Below are positions 25,950 through 40,110 of a stretch of DNA of 64,000 bases, piece after piece. Each line of letters opens with the position of its first letter. The stretch's first letter is position 1. A model generated the notes under the pieces. The model saw nothing but the letters and a program-made list of their open reading frames with translations, made no database searches and had not been told where the DNA came from. Source of the stretch: Stegostoma tigrinum. Taxonomy: Eukaryota. Location: the NCBI RefSeq assembly GCF_030684315.1, contig NC_081397.1:13974421-14038420 (forward strand), in the 5' to 3' direction. The position numbers and the translations under genes are program-made.

Positions 25950-28900
25950 CGTCATACAGTCCGAGAGATGTACAGGGACAACTCGTCCATGGAGAGCACA
26001 TATCCGAGATTAATCTAGTTCCATTTACTAGCATTTGGTCCATATCCCACGAAACACTTCCTATTCATATACTCATCCACATGCCTTTAAAACGTTGTAG
26101 TTGTAAGAGCCTCCAGCACTTCTTTTGGCATTCAACCCATTCACACACCACTCTGTGTGCAAATATTGCACACCTTTGGTTCATTTTAAGACTTTCCCAG
26201 TCACTTAAACCCATGCCCTCTCATTTTGCATTCTTCTATCCTGGGGAAAAGATCTTGATTATGCACCCTTTCCACACCACTAAATTTTATAAACACAGCC
26301 TCCAACACTCCAGGCACGGTTTCATCAAGGGGAAGTCATGCCTGGCAAATCTGCTTAAATCCTTTAAGGAAGTAACAAGCAGGGTAGACCAAGGAGAGCC
26401 AATGGATGTTATCTACCTGGGCTTCGAAAAGCCCCTTGGCAAGCTGCCGCACAGGAGGCTGTTGAGTAACATAAGGGCCCATGGTGCTAGCATGGATAGA
26501 AGATTGGCTGCCTGGCAGAAAGCAGAGAGTGGGGATAAAAGGCATGCTTTATACATTAATGATCTGGATGAAGGAACTGTTTGCATTCTGACTACATTTG
26601 CAGATGATACAACAATAGGTAGAGTGACAGGTAGTATTGAGGTGCTGAGGCTGCACTATGAAATGGACAGGTTAGGTGAGTGGGCAAAGAAGTGGTAGAT
26701 GGAGTACAATGTGGGAAAGTGTGAGGTCATGCACTTGGCTAAGGAGAATAAAAGCATGAGAGATAATGATAACTGCAGATGCTGGAGAATCCGAGATTAA
26801 AAAAAAAGTGTGGAGCTGGATGAACACAGCAGGCCAAACAGCATCTCAGGAGCACAAAAGCTGACGTTTCGGGCCGAGACCCTTGATCAGAAATGTGGGA
26901 GGGGGAAGAGGGCTCTGAAATAAATAGGGACAGACTGGGAGGTGGATCAAAGATGGATAGAGGAGGAGGTAGGTGGAGGGGAATCTAGAGTTGCAGTGGT
27001 GTAGAGATCCCCTGAGGTTTGTCCGGATTCTCCAGCATCTGCAGTCACCATTATCTCTGATACAATTTTAACTTCACTGCAAAGCGTCTTCCAGGGATGC
27101 CTGACCTGAAGAAGTTACCATCCTCCCTCCAGAATAAAAGCATAGACTCTTTTCTAAATGGGCAGAAAATTCAGAAGTCTTGCGTACAAAGAGACTTGGG
27201 AGTTCAACTCCAGGAATCTCTCACGGTAAACTCACAGTTTGAGTCAGTAGTCAGGAAGGCAACTGCAATACTGGCATTTATTTTGCCAGGACTTCAAGGC
27301 AGAGATTAACAAATTCTTGATCTCACAAGGAATCAAGGGCTACAGGGAGAGTGCAGGGAAGTGGAGTTGAAATGCCCAGCCTTGATTTAAATGGTGGAAT
27401 GGGCTTGATGGGCCGAATGGCCTTACTTCCACTCCTATGACTTATGGTCTTGAAGATGTTTAAAAAAAAAGGATGTGCTTATGAGGCTTTGGAAGACTCG
27501 AGTCAGGCCACATTTGAAGTAGCATGTGCAGTTTTGGGCCCCATATCTCAGGAAGGATGTACTGCCCCTGGAGCAGGTTCAGAGGAGGTTCACGGGAATG
27601 GTCCCAGGAATGAAAAGCTGAACATATGAGCAATGTTGAGGATTCTGGGACTGTACTCTTTGGAGTTTAGAAGGATGATAATCAAAACTTAGACTACTGA
27701 ATGCCTGGACAGAGTGGATGTTGGGAAGATCCTTCCATTGGTAGGAGAGACTAGGACCCAAGGGCACAGCCTTCAAGTAAACGGAAGACATTTTAGAACA
27801 GAGATAAGGAGAAACTTCTTCAGCCAGAGAGTGCTGAATCAATGGAATTCACTGCCACAGAAGGCTGTGGAGGCCGGGTTATTGTGTACATTTAAGGGTG
27901 AGATAGATAGGTTTTTGATTATCAAGGGGATCAAGGTTATGGGAAGAAGGCAGGAGAATTGGCTAAAGGAACGTCTCAGTCATGATTGAATGGCGGAGCA
28001 GACTTGATGGGCCAAATAGCCTGATTTCGGCTCCTACGTCTTATGGTCATATAGTAATACAGTACGGACACAGGCCCTTCCACCCAAACTGGTTCATGAT
28101 GACCGTGGTGCCCACTCAGCTGGATCCAACTGCCCACATTATATCCCTCTACATCCTTCCCATCCATGTACATGTTCATTTTTTTTTAAGTGTTGATATT
28201 GTGCCTGCCTCAACAACTTTCTCTGGCAGCTGATTCCACACGTGCTCCACTCTCTCTGTGAAGTTGGCACCCCTCAGGTCCTTCCTAAATTCTTGCCCCC
28301 TCTCACCTGAAACCTGTGCCCTCTAGTTTTCAATTCCTCATCTGTGGGGGAAAAAAAACAAACACGATATGCATTTATCCGACCTATGGTGCTCATGATT
28401 TTATACATCTGAATAAGGTCACACTTCATTCTCCTACGGTCCAAGAAATAAAGTCCTACCCTGGCCAACATCTCACCATAACCCAGGACCACTAGTCCTG
28501 CATAAATTTTCTTTGAACGCTTTCTAGTTGAACTCGGTCTTTTTTACAACAGGGTGACCAAAACTGTACACAATACTCCATGTCTATTCAAAATGCCTCG
28601 ATCAATGAAGGCCAGCATGCTGAATTCCTTCTTCAGCACCCTATCCACCTGTGACACTGCTTTAAACATACTACGTACCTGTACTCCTTGGACCCTCTGT
28701 ACCACATCACTACTCAGGACGTTACCATTTGCTGTAAAAGGCTTACTGTAGTTTGACATTCCAAAGTACAACACCTCACACTTATCTCCATTGAATTGCA
28801 TTTTCCCATCCTTAGCCCACTTCCCCATCTGATTAAGATCCCTCTGTAATTTTCGATAACCTTCCCCACTATGAACGATACTGCCTAACATTGCATCATC

Positions 28901-29095
28901 TGTAAACTTACTAATCATGCTTTGCACATTCACATCCAGATCATTTATGTCAATAACAAATAACAAAGGTCCCAGCACCAATCCCTGTGGCACACCACAA
29001 GTCACAGGCCTCCAGTCCGAGAAAGAATCTTCAACTGTCACCCTCTGCTTTGTACCATCAAGCCAATTTTGAATCCAATGAGCTAGCTTTCCCTG
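25950..29095. mobile_element. Cluster of CR1-type LINE fragments in both orientations
   Basis: HGFIKGKSCLANLL..MDVIYLGFEK (+); [26 protein letters not shown] (-); several CR1 tails. Confidence 0.9.
26758..27130. mobile_element. Penelope-derived insertion inside a CR1 fragment with a 13-bp target-site duplication
   Basis: agaataaaagcat at 26745-26757 and 27131-27143; hammerhead-like core 26861-26890 (-). Confidence 0.85.
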
Positions 29096-29129
29096 TTCAA
29101 GTGAGCCACAACACACTGCAGCATCCCGG

Positions 29130-29830
29130 AGTTTCATAAAGCCAAGGAAGAACACTGATAGTGTCTTTAGAAATGACAGTTACTCAAAATGCATTGTTCG
29201 CAGATGCTACACAACTGATGGCAACAGGAAGACACAACACATCCAGTGATAGTAGTCACCAGACTATGCACTGAGGGTGTGAAATAACCACCAGGTTACA
29301 CTACCACGTAAGAATCATGATAGCCCACGAAGTGACAGCCGCTGTTGAGAATGAAGGATCCAACATTCACAATTAGCAGAAACAATGCGATTTACAAGAT
29401 ACCATGCAAATACTGCCACAAACCTTACCCAAGGCAAACCGGGAGAAAACCCGCCATCAGGATTCATGGACATCAACTCGCTGCCAAAAGTCATGGCCAA
29501 CTATCACTCACCTTAATGCACATGGATAAAGAGGGACACCTGTTTGACTGGGACAAGGTAGCCATCAGAAGACATCCCAACCAAAGACATGCACGAGAGT
29601 TCAAACTGGAGCTCCATTAACAAACATGGCCAGCTGGACACCACACACCAACCACTAAGAAACCAATCTGGAAGTGTTGCTCACCACCCCAGCAAAGTGA
29701 GGCACATAAATAGCAAGAAGGACAGAATATCAACGTTTCATTCACGGTGCACTGATGATGTTATGTCGTATGGTGATGAAATGTCTGTGAACAAACTTAC
29801 AAGCTCAGTGAGCAAGTCAATAGCATCGTA
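29130..29830 (+). mobile_element. Penelope/Poseidon-type element 3' end (GIY-YIG) with hammerhead-like motif at 29752-29785
   Basis: NAIYKIPCKYCHKPYPRQTGRKPAIRIHGHQLA; CTGATGA..GAAATGTC. Confidence 0.8.
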
Positions 29831-29869
29831 TTTAATGAACTGACCCTGACATTACCTGCAAGGCAAGTG

Positions 29870-30530
29870 TGAAAGTAATTATCAACATGTATCTGTCAAT
29901 TTCCGCAATTTATCTGTCACTGTGATCAAACTCTGTCAGTTTCCGCTTGGTGGCCATGTGAGTACAGTTATCAATAAGGACGTTTCAGATTCCGCTCTGT
30001 GAATGAGAGTAATTATCAAACTGTACATGTCAGTCAGTTTATGCTGTGTGTAACTGGGAAGGCTGATTCCAGCATCTGCAGTTCTTGCTATGTTCAAGGT
30101 TGTTATCAATCTGTTCCTGTCAAGTTCGTCCATTTGGATATGTGCATGAAAGCAACATGCACCTATCATTTGCTTCTCTGTCAATTTGAGCGTCCAGTTA
30201 CCAAGATGTACCTGTGAGAACCTACTCTGAATATTTGAGTACAGTCAGCAATCCGTGCCTGTCTCTCTGTGGATTTGTGATTGCAGTTCTAAGTTTGTAG
30301 CTGTCACTTGATGCTCTGTGAAATTGGGAGTGTTATCATCAATATATTCCTGCCAGTTTCAGTCTCTGTGAAAGCGAGTACATCAATGAATATATGCATG
30401 ATAGTTTCTATTATGTGACGATGTGAACATTTTTAATCAACCTTTTACTTGCAGTTTCTGAAGTATCAATATGGTCAAATACTATTTTTTTCGTCTGACC
30501 CTACAATACGAATGTGTGAGGTTAGGTATC
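29870..30530 (+). repeat. Degenerate ~49-bp minisatellite array
   Basis: Same unit as the 12.1-13.7 kb array. Confidence 0.7.
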
Positions 30531-30919
30531 CATGCGTACTGGTCACTTTCTACTCCTTAAAGTGGATTAGGTTTCAGGCAGCCAAAAATATTATCCGTGG
30601 AAGCGTGATTCATTATGTGGAGTTGATATCAGAGTAATTCTATGCAGATTTTCTTCAAGTCCTGAGGGTATACTTTGGATAAGGATTCAGTCTACCCATC
30701 TTCAAAAATGGTGTAAATGTCAATGGGTTATGTTAGGTGAAATCTGTTTGAACTGGGTATTTTGAATGGAGAGAGAAGCAAAATAAAGTGGCATTCCTCC
30801 GTGTTGTTTTATTGTCGGTTTGAACGTGTCTGACTGGAAATTAAAGTTCAACGGTGTCTGACTCAATCTGCTCCGTGACTGTGGAAAGGATGTTCTCTGC
30901 TGTGACAGTGGGAACATAC

Positions 30920-31001
30920 CTGCTGTTTGTTAGGACGAGCTGGTCACAATTGGCTTTGTACTGAAGAAATGATACATTGCCTTGTTCCTTCAAGCGTTTG
31001 T
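30920..31001 (-). other. 82-nt repeated exon, copy C
   Basis: ttcctgcAG / GTATGT; open frame KRLKEQGNVSFLQYKANCDQLVLTNS. Confidence 0.55.
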
Positions 31002-31023
31002 CTGCAGGAAGGAAAAAACAGAT

Positions 31024-32790
31024 AGCTCCTGTAAACCGTCATCAGATGGGTTTGAAAACATTTAACTGATCAATTCAACATTTCGCTAATAAACATTCAG
31101 ATATTTAAATTATCACCAGGAATTCGAACAGAACTGTGGGCCTGATTGCACTCTTGCCCTGAGCTGCACTACATTTGATCAATTTTGAAAAATTCAACTC
31201 TGAGTGATGCACAGAAAGTAACCAACCCCCGTACAGCTCCATGACTGGAACTACCTAATGCAAGCTTGTCTGTGCATATGAGTTTAGTTACTGATCCATT
31301 CATGTCATTTCATTCATCTCAATCTCTACATTTTTATAATGTGTGCATACATTTATCAAATCATGACAACTTCAAACACACATGCCTGACAAATGAGAAA
31401 AACCAAGGAACTGCAGATGCTGGAAATCAGCAACAAAAGTAGAAATTGCTGCAAAATCTCAGCAAGTCTATCAGCATATGAGTATGGAAATGAATGTTCT
31501 GAAGTTGAACCTCTGTTCTGAGGAAGTGTGACGGGACCTGTATTATTACTTGCTTTGTTTCCACGTGGATGGACTGACAGGTACAGGTACTGACTGACTC
31601 AGAACTAGTTCAAAATACAGACATCATAACTAAAGATGTGATCCAAGGACTAACAGCTATGGAGTTCCATTTAAACTCCAGCAACAGATACATGATCTAT
31701 ACAAAATTATTATCACTCACACATATCTAGTCATAGACAACAACAGCACTGCAAACAGTCCTGTCTCTCCAAGCCAGCAATGATAGAAACAACAAGCCAA
31801 TAATTACATCCATTCAGCCAGCATTCAATTTCCATAAATGTATCACGGTGGCAGGGGAACTACCATCTCCACCTTTATCGCAGGATTGTTCTCAAATTCT
31901 TCATCTTGTGGAACTAGAATTTTTTTGTTCTGTTGTACGCTAGAAGATTTTATAATCATGGACATTTATTTAAAAAAATAATAATTTAAATCATAACTGG
32001 CTCTCCACTTCACATGAAACATTTAAAATGCTCAGTTTTCGAATGCAGGAAGATTGAAGGATCAATGGAGTGTGGCTGTCCGTCTTGTTCCATAACAACG
32101 GTTCTTTTCAAAAAAAAATCTCATTATCTAAAACCTGGGTACTCACCCAATGGTCCTCAGTGTTAAATTTTAGTTTCCAAATTCTTCACAAAATAATTTG
32201 GCTCTCCTCTTTTGATGGTCTGTCACATATGGACCAAGTTCTGAAGGATAATAGAATGAAACCTGCAGGGCTATGGGATGTGTGCAGGAAGGTGTGATTG
32301 TGATGGCCATCTGGGGGTGTTTGGGTCAGCATGGACATGATGCACCAAATGACCTCCTTCTGTTCTGTACCATTTTTACAATGATTGATTGGTCTAGACC
32401 AATGTTTCCCTGTCAGTCTCTGCTGTGTAATACAGAAGTAATTTGCCAAAGATTTAGAGGGACACATTGATAACTACACACACACATTCAACAGGTAGCA
32501 ACTGACATGCATGGATCAGTAACTAAACACATATGCACAGACAAGCTTGCATTAGGTAGTTCCAGTCATGGAGCTGTACGGGTGTTGGTTACTTTCTGTG
32601 CATCACTCAATTAGAGTTGAAGTTTTTAAAATTGATCAAATGTAGTGCAGCTCAGGGCAAGAGTGCAATCAGACCCACAGTTCTGTTAGAATTCCTGGTG
32701 ATAATCTAAATATCTGAATGCTTATTAGCTAGATGTTGAATTGATCAGTTAAATGTTTTCAAACCCATCTGATGACGGTTTACAGGAGCT
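31024..32790. repeat. Near-identical ~285-bp inverted repeat pair (31024-31307 and 32503-32790)
   Basis: Direct reverse-complement match with few substitutions. Confidence 0.9.
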
Positions 32791-32799
32791 GTTTTTTTT

Positions 32800-33650
32800 T
32801 GTGTCAGTTTTTGCTGCATGCCAGCATGAGCATATTTACCAATCTGTAACTTTCAGTTTCTCCCGTGTGTATCTGACAGTGTAGTTATAAATCTGTTATA
32901 ACAAGGCACAGAGCTGGATGAACACAGCATGCTAAGCAGCATCAGAGGAACAGGAAAGCTGATGTTTCGGGCCTGGGCCCTTCTTCAGAAAGTTGTAGAG
33001 GTGTGAATACACTTATCATAGTTTGCCCGTCAGTTTCAGGGGTGTGTGTGTGTGTGTGTCAATGAATGAAGTTGTCAATCTGTCCCTGTCAGTATCTGAA
33101 ATCAGAATATTCAAATGTGTTTGTGTAATTGTCAGTCTATCCCTGATACATTCATGGAGCAGAAACTGAGGTTTTGTTTTCAATATATTCCTGTCAGTTT
33201 CTGCTTGGGGAATGTGTGAGCATTTTTATAAACCTGTACCTAGCAGTTTTTGTATCATCAAGACAGGAATTTAGTTATTAATCTGTACCTGTTAACTTTG
33301 GATTTGTGAAGAACTGGGTGTAGCTATTGATCTGTATTTGTCAGTAGCTGCTCGTGAAGATGTGATTGTAATTATCAAACTGTCCCTCTCAGTTTCTGCT
33401 GTGTCATATGTGAGTTTAGTTGTCAATCAATACCCATCCATTCCTGCGTCATGAATGTGGGAGTGCATTGCAAAAAAAATGTCAAATTTCTGTGAATGTG
33501 CAAATATAGATCACAATCTCTACATTTTCATAATGTGTGCATATATTTATCAATCTGTACCTGTCAGTTATTTTACATTCTGAATGTGTGCATAATTGTC
33601 ATTGTCCCTGTCGTTTTCTGATACGTGAAGACAAGAGTGTAGTTATCGAT
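32800..33650 (+). repeat. Degenerate ~49-bp minisatellite array (resumes ~34770-34930 after the LINE)
   Basis: Same unit; pLTR insert at ~32900-32990. Confidence 0.75.
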
Positions 33651-33664
33651 ATACAAAGAATAAA

Positions 33665-34712
33665 GAGAACAAAGAAAATTACAGCACAGGAAAATACCCT
33701 TCCGCCCTCCAAGCCTATGCCGATCGAGATCCTCTGTCTAACCTGTCATCTATTTTCTAAGGGTCTGTGTCCCTTTGCTCCCTGCCCATCCAGATACCTG
33801 TCCAAATAGATCTCAAAAAATGCTAATGTGTCTGCATCTACTACCTCCACTGGCAACGCATTCGAGGCACCCGTCACCCTCTGTATAAAGAACTTTCCAC
33901 ACATATCTCCCTTAACCTTTCATCCTCTCACTTTGAACTCAGGACCCATAGTAATTGAGTCCCCCACACTGGGAAAAAGCTTCTTGCTATCCACCCTGTC
34001 TATATCCCTCATGATTTTGTAGACCTCATTCAGATCCCCGCCTCACTCTCCGTCTTTCTAATGAAAATAATCCTAATCTACTCAACCTCTCTTCATAGCC
34101 AGCACCCTCCATACCAGGCAACATCCTGGTAAACCTCCCCTGCACCCTCTCCAAACAGTCCACATCCTGTTGGTGATGTGGCGACCAGAACTGTACACAG
34201 TATTCTAAATGTGGCCGAACTAATGTCTGATACAACTGTAACATGACCTGCCAACTCTTGTACTCAATACCCCGTCCGATGAAGGAAAGCATGCCATATG
34301 CCTTCTTGACCACACTATTGACCTGCGTTGCCACCTTCAGGGAACAAAGGACCTGAACACCCAGATCTCTCTGTTCATCAATTTTCCCTAGGACTCTTCC
34401 ATTTACTGTATAGTACACCCTTGAATTAAATCTTCCAAAATGCATCACCTCGCATTTGCACGGATTGAACTCCATCTGCCCAACTCTCCAGTCTATTTAT
34501 ATTCTGCTGTCATCTCTGACAGTCCCCTTCACTATCTGCTACTCCACCAATCTTAATGTCATCTGCAAACTTGCTGCACAGACCACCTACACCTTCCTCC
34601 AGATCATTTATGTATATCACAAACAACAGTGGTCCCAGCACAGATCCCTGTGGAACACGACCGGTCACAGGTCTCCAATTTGAGAAACTCCCTTCTACTG
34701 CTACTCTCTGCC
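33665..34712 (-). mobile_element. Relatively young CR1/HER1 LINE 3' portion
   Basis: [29 protein letters not shown]; MEFNPCKCEVMHFG..LVRPHLEYCVQFWSP. Confidence 0.93.
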
Positions 34713-36399
34713 TCAATGATATGTGATTGTCACTTTCTTCTCTCTGGCTGAGAGAGTATTTTCTCTCATTTCTGCCAGTCAGATCCTGCCCTGTAAATCT
34801 GAGAAACTAATTATTAAGCTATACCTGTCGCTATCTGATTTGTAAATGCATTTATCATTCTCTCCCTGTCAAGTTTCTGCTGTGTAAATGTGCAAGTGAA
34901 GTTATCGATCTGTGACTGTCAGTTTCAGCTGAATATTGCTCTTTCAACATCTGCAGGTTTTCTTTGATGTTCAAATATCTGCTCATTAACATGAATAAGA
35001 TTTTATCTGCAGCTATGTAAGGTGCTGTAAGTGAAACCGTCAGCGTTTATACCATTCGCTAACTCTAGCAGTGCGGCTGAAGTTTGAGTATGTTCCACAA
35101 TATTCATTCTATGGTACAGTTTAAGTTTTATTCTAATATTGGTCAGTCTCTGGTTTGAATGTGTTGAGTTTAATGTGCACATTTTTGTTGCAAGTTCACT
35201 GTACGAATCATTCTTAATTGTAAGTCAAAAAACTTGGTATCTGCTTGAACATATGTTATTTTCTGCCTGTTTTCAGGTCAATATTTAATTTCCTTCAGGT
35301 AGATTTAAAACTTTATATTCGGCAGTGGGTTCTGCTATTCAGTTTGTGGGGTAAACAAATTCAATGGCAATATAGGTTTCAATCTGTCACTTGTCCTGAT
35401 ATGCAATTCCTCCAGTTTGTACAAAAGGAAAAAAAAACTTTAGTTACCTCTCTCAGTCTAAGACACCGTTCGATATTTGGAGGTACAATGAATCTCTTGT
35501 TCAATCTACTACTTGGACTACTTCATGGGAATTCAGTATGTCAAAAAATTCACACAATTTTTTTTGATGATGTCGCAAACAATTGATACTTAATTTATGA
35601 CCATGGCCATTACCATGTAGTTAAATCCTACAGGGAGTGCATGGAGATTGGAGAACTGAGCTCACTTTTTGTTCTGTTTGTCTCTTTCATAGAAGGCTAG
35701 CTCTCTGACCTGAAATCTGAGAGTAGAAATCATTTTTAGTGTTACATGTGCTGAGGCTTGAAGTGTACATGGTCTTCATGGCTATTAGATGTTGAGGAAT
35801 GTGTGTTGGAACGGTGCATGTATGTATTTGGAATACATTGTAAATCACTCAGTAAGTCGGTGCGTGTGTGCGCGCGCGCATGTGCAGTTTATGTTATGTG
35901 CTCTCAGTAACCATTTTATGTCACACATTTGGAAGTCACATTATTTAATTCTTCTCTCTATGCATGGGACATCAATTTGTCAAAACATAGACACCGTCCT
36001 GCTCAGTTACTGATAACGTGAATGTTTTCTTCCATATCTGTACTCACACTGTGCGAAGTAACTATGTAACTGCATGAACTATTTCTTCACCTTGACAGTA
36101 ACTTGAAAAACATGCTTACTAAATGCAGATTTAGTGCAGTTCCTCGGTGTCCGTCTCAGATGAAGATTCAGTCTGTGACTTTTCAAAAATGTTGTAAATA
36201 TCAGTAGGCTATGAATGAAGAAAATTATAGCAACCGAGGAGGGGTGCATTGGGAAGAGAGAAAACAAACTACTTGTATTTTGTTGCTTGTATTTGACTGT
36301 TGGCTTGAATGCATTTCTCTGGAAATTGAGATCACCGTGTCTCTGACTCAAACTGCTCTACGCCTGTGGAAATGATCCATTCTGACAGCGGTAACATAC

Positions 36400-36481
36400 C
36401 TGCTGTTTGTGAGAAGCAGCTGCTCACACTTGGCTTTGCACCAAGGAAATGATACACTGTCTTGGTCCTTCATGTATTTGC
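36400..36481 (-). other. 82-nt repeated exon, copy D
   Basis: ttcatccAG / GTATGT; open frame KYMKDQDSVSFPWCKAKCEQLLLTNS. Confidence 0.55.
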
Positions 36482-39369
36482 CTGGATGAAAACAGAAGAG
36501 AAACATTCTGTAAATCAGCATCAGCCAGGTTTGACAATCTCAAACAGATTAACGTACATTCAGTTGATAATTATTAGGATGTTTCTTTTCTTCAACTTCA
36601 CCTGACAATGCAGCAGAGCTCCAAAAGCTTGAGATTTTAAAATAAACCTATTGGACTATAACACAAATCATGAGACTTCTGCCTTTTCTTTGAAGCCATC
36701 AATTCAAACACAGGTCTAACTCAGCGAGGTCCAGAAACTGAACAATTGCACAGCTGCATCTAAAGGTGCTACCTGAGGATGCTGTAATATTGACACAGTT
36801 TGTGTTACCAGATCCCAACACACTAACTGTTGTAAAGAAGCACAACAGACACTATTTCAAATGTTTTTGCTCGAGACATATAATCCATTGACTCCAATCT
36901 GCGTCCTTTACAGGATTCTTATATTTCCACCATCTTGTCTGTGTTTCCACTATTCTTTGCACAATGACGATAAACAGTGTGAAACAGTAGCCAAACAAGC
37001 AGCATTTGGGGCAGGGCCACCAATGGCATGGACTGCTTTTCCCAATAATTCCCAACAACAAACATCAATGGGTCATTCCCTAACTCCCTTCTCTCCCACT
37101 GTGAAGAAAGCAACTGGGGCTGTGGGGAAAAGGGCAGAGAATGCTTCAACCTGAGGCGTCGGCCCTTTGTGGAGCAATAATAGAGCTCTTCCCCAGGTCA
37201 TGTTAATAACTCCCTGCCTCCAGCTCTCTCAGAATTGAATGAGCAATGTTCGGGCTGCCCAAGTCTAAGAGACACCGAATGGCTGGCAGCTAAGCTGTTC
37301 CTCTAGCCCTGCTGCCTATGACTGACACGTGGTTAAACAGAACGAATGAAGAAAGCCTGCTCCAGCATTTAACAAAGACACAATGGTACTTTGGAGAAGA
37401 GGTTATTCCGAGGCCAAAGGGAGCATTGCACAAACAACAGCTGCAAGATTTGTTGGAGACAGTTTGAAGGTTTGCAACAAAGATTGAAGGGGACAGTAAA
37501 TTCTGCAAGAAACAAACAGTTGAACTCATGGGATTATGGCTCATAAAAAAATCTACAGAATCAAACAAGTTCATTAAAATTGATAAGCAATTGACTTCAG
37601 TCCCTTTAATGAAAGGATGTTGTCCCATTAGATGAATATAGTTAGTTAGGACAAGGGGTGTCAATCATCCCAAAGACAGCTGGCCTAGCTAATCATGAAA
37701 ACAGCAGATAACTCCATCTTGCAGCAATATTCACGCTATTAAGAAATTGGTTCCAGTTAAAGATCCTTCAGATGGATTTCAATGTAATTCTAAATCTATA
37801 TATAAGCATTAGGGGAGAAGATTCAAACATGGGTATGAAAGTTAATTAGTCACCAGAAGGTTTCCTATGTCACTAAAGGAATGCCTGGTGCATCCAATAA
37901 GAAGCAAATGGCTCACAATTCATTAGCTCCAACAGAGCTAAGAGTAGGGTAAGCATAATGCTTTAAATAAAACTCACTTTATAATACAATTAATATCATG
38001 AATCTCACAGCAAGTCGTAAGAATCAACTCAGCAATAGTAAGCCCTGCCAATGCTGCAGTTGGAGATAACACAATGTGGAGCTGGAGGAACACAGCAGGC
38101 CAGGCAGCATCAGAGGTGCAGGAAAGTTTAAGTTGTGGGTCAGGACTCTTCTTCAGGAGCATCAACTTTCCTGATACTCTGATGCTGCCTGGCCTCCTAG
38201 TAGGAGTCAACTGTCTGTTTTATTATAATTCAGACAGTGGGAAAATAAGAGGAGTAACAGAATTTAATAGAGACACAAAATTAATACAATTGACAGCAGA
38301 ATTCAAGCTAGCCTGATAGGTAAGCGATTCTGGGGCATGACTGAAGGTGTACGGCCAGTAACTTTGAAAAGCGAATTAATAGATGCATGGAAAGATCCCA
38401 TGGCCTGGTGATTACATTGTCTGTTAAACATTATCAGATTGTGGCGACTCTTGGCCTGGCTAATAGAGGGCACATCTTCAATTAGGAGTTTCAAAGGATT
38501 CGTTGTATAGAATAAGGGGAAAGGCACAGTGATCCCATTGCATTGAATCACTGCAACAAAATGTATAATACTGTATTCCACTGTGAGAATCAGAGTCATC
38601 AATCGCTTTCCAATCTGAGCTAAAAATTAATGATGTAACTGCATCTTCAAGAGGGGTGGCTATGGCCCTCTCCCCGCATGATCTCGTGACTGGTTGACGA
38701 AATACTGCCACGGGCCTGAATTCCGCCTGCCCCGAGTCTTTGTCCTCGGTCTGGAGTTTCACTCCTGCAGGGAATCAAAGAAGTGGATTGAAAATTTGGC
38801 CCATTCAATTTGCTCCACTGTTCAATGACAATATCTGATCCAAGTGAGCCGTTATCTGTAGTATTAATTCACCTTGACCTTCGTCCCATAAATATTAATT
38901 CAATGTTGAAAGAACATACAGAGAAATGAAAGAAATGGGACATTCTCACTGAAGCAACACATAAGTATTGGATGACACCCTGTGTCACAGTGGTATCTAG
39001 GTGGAAGTGGTCGTGGGCTTGGAAGGCACTGTCTATGGAGCATTGGTGAATTCCAGCTGTGCATCTTCTGGAAGGTACACATTGCTGCTTGAGTATTGGT
39101 GTCTGAGGGAATGGACGTTTGCGGATGTGGAGCCAATCAAGTGTTTCTCTCCTGGATGGTATCTTGCTTCTGGTGTGTTTGTGGAGCTGCACTCATCCGG
39201 GTAAGTGGGGCTAAACCATCACATTCCTGACTTGATCACATGAGATGTTGGACAGGATTTGGGGAAGCAGGAGACCAGACACTCACTGCAGGATACCCAG
39301 ACTCTGACTTGTCCTTGCAGTATCTGTATTTATGTACAGAATCAGTTCGAGCATCACAGCGTCCATGAG

Positions 39370-40110
39370 TGAAACAGAATGGGAACAGACCCTTTCATCC
39401 AACTGGTCTGCAATAGATTAACATCCCAATCTGACCTCGTCCCATTTGCCAGCATTTTGCACATATCCCTCTCATGTCGACCTGTTCATCTACCCGTCCA
39501 ATGGTGTTTAAAACTTATCATTGTACCCTCCACAAGGCGTACCTCTGTCAGCTTGTTCCAGACATGCCCCACACTCTGCACTAAAGAAATCTCCCTCAGG
39601 TCTCTTTTAACATTGACCCTCTCACTGTAAACCTATGCCCTTAAGGTTTCGGCTCCACCACCCGAGAAAAAGAGACCATGGCTATTCACCCTATCCATGC
39701 CCCTCATGACTTTATAAACCTCTACAAGGTCACCCCTCGGTCTCTGACGCTGCAGGGGAGAAAGCCCGAGCCTGTTCACCCTCTCCAAACAGTTCACACC
39801 ATCTGGTCCAGCTAACATCTCTGTAAATATTTGCTGCGCCCTCTCCAGTTCAACAACTTCCTTCCGACAGCAGTTTGGCCAGAACTTTAAGCAGTAAAAG
39901 TGGACCCAAAACATTTCCTGTACAGCCACAACATGACATCTCAACTCCTATTCTCAATGCACTGACCAATGAAGGCAAACACTTGCTTCACCACCTTATC
40001 TACTTGCGACTCCACTTTCAATGAACTATGCACACAAACACCTTGGCGTCTTTGTTGGGGAACACTTCCCACGGCCCTCCTATTAACTGTCAAACCCCTC
40101 TCCTGTTTTG
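39370..40110 (-). mobile_element. CR1-type LINE 3' fragment
   Basis: LERAQQIFTEML..RGDLVEVYKVMRGMDRVN. Confidence 0.8.

Noticed and set aside
25916-26698. 260-aa ORF as a host gene
   Set aside because: Chance fusion of oppositely oriented CR1 fragments with internal deletions
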